The notes under the pieces are model-generated. The model saw only the letters and a program-made list of their open reading frames with translations, was not told where the DNA came from and did not search any database. The translations under genes were made by a program, and so were the position numbers. Shown here piece after piece: positions 63,644 through 64,000 of a stretch of 64,000 nucleotides of DNA. The DNA lies in IMG/VR virus record IMGVR_UViG_3300042308_000216, positions 31,878-95,877 of that record. The stretch is one strand, 5' to 3'. Numbering within the stretch: position 1 is the first letter of the stretch; each line of letters opens with the position of its first letter. The stretch is from a virus.

Positions 63644-63811
63644 TTAATATCTCCTTATCCATAGTCCATCTTCAAAATCCCAAATAGATTTATCAATAAG
63701 CACTATTATTTTTTTATCTTTATCATGCCTTTCAATGTATTGACTTAATTCACTATAAGTTTTTACATTACTAGCAAAATTATCATCAAAGTTAAATGAA
63801 TGTGGTATCAT
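63644..63811 (-). CDS. hypothetical protein (MIPHSFNFDD...)
   Basis: ATG 63811 lies downstream of a hairpin; the longer GTG start in the track falls inside that hairpin. Confidence 0.5.
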   Translation of the reverse strand: MIPHSFNFDDNFASNVKTYSELSQYIERHDKDKKIIVLIDKSIWDFEDGLWIRRY

Positions 63812-63834
63812 GATTTCTAGTATTAAAAGGTTAA

Positions 63835-63893
63835 ACAAAAAATACAATGCATTGAGTATAGCTGTATAGCCTCCCACCTCAACACATTGTATT
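63835..63893 (-). terminator. long hairpin with U-tract
   Basis: Minus strand aatacaatgtgttgag...ctcaatgcattgtatt-ttttg (G:U pairs favour the minus strand). Confidence 0.55.
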
Positions 63894-64000
63894 AATTTAC
63901 TGCTCTTTTTCCATATCTAGACCTGTAGATACAGTTAAGATTAGAATAATAATGGTATGTAACACCCATATAGGTGAACATTGAATGTTATAGAATGTTT

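Noticed and set aside
1-64000. Stop-codon reassignment (TAG or TGA), known in some crAss-like lineages
   Set aside because: Giant ORFs are intact under the standard code; TGA ends many genes in ATGA overlaps and TAG ends others (e.g. 41475, 52720); there is no well-formed suppressor tRNA
1-64000. Integrase, DGR reverse transcriptase, terminase/portal/major capsid genes
   Set aside because: No such motifs in this window; the head genes presumably lie upstream of position 1

Overview
About 64 kb of a crAss-like (Crassvirales) bacteriophage genome. It is AT-rich, visibly CpG-poor and uses the standard genetic code. The host is probably Bacteroidota, judging by TAnnTTTG promoter elements and a T9SS-cargo-like gene. 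The + strand (1-36263) is the late module: ring/tail-tube proteins, an IHF-like protein, the tail stabilisation (muzzle) protein and five large ejected cargo proteins, including a 3648-aa virion RNA polymerase (DFDID). The - strand (36291-64000) holds replication and nucleotide-metabolism genes (class II RNR, metallophosphoesterase, 5'-3' exonuclease, resolvase, primase, SSB-like, AAA ATPase, DnaB, SF2 helicase, PolA), then an SPL-like radical SAM gene, tmRNA, tRNA-Arg(UCU), a tRNA-like element and small early genes. The two arms converge on a terminator at about 36265. The main highlights: (1) the virion RNAP carries a C-terminal chain of zincin, NADAR, SLOG, AlkB and Dda/RecD-helicase domains, and the preceding cargo protein carries repeat-delimited cassettes and an AbiEii/MenT-like nucleotidyltransferase, together suggesting an injected counter-defence and DNA-repair kit; (2) lone terminal cysteines on consecutive cargo proteins; (3) about 20 aromatic-A-x-G-G motifs in cargo protein 1; (4) a tmRNA with a 36-aa tag lacking the usual Ala-Ala end; (5) five back-to-back stem-closed noncoding units at 63.0-63.6 kb; (6) a phage-encoded T9SS-substrate-like protein. 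All calls come from motif recognition by eye; no database searches were run.
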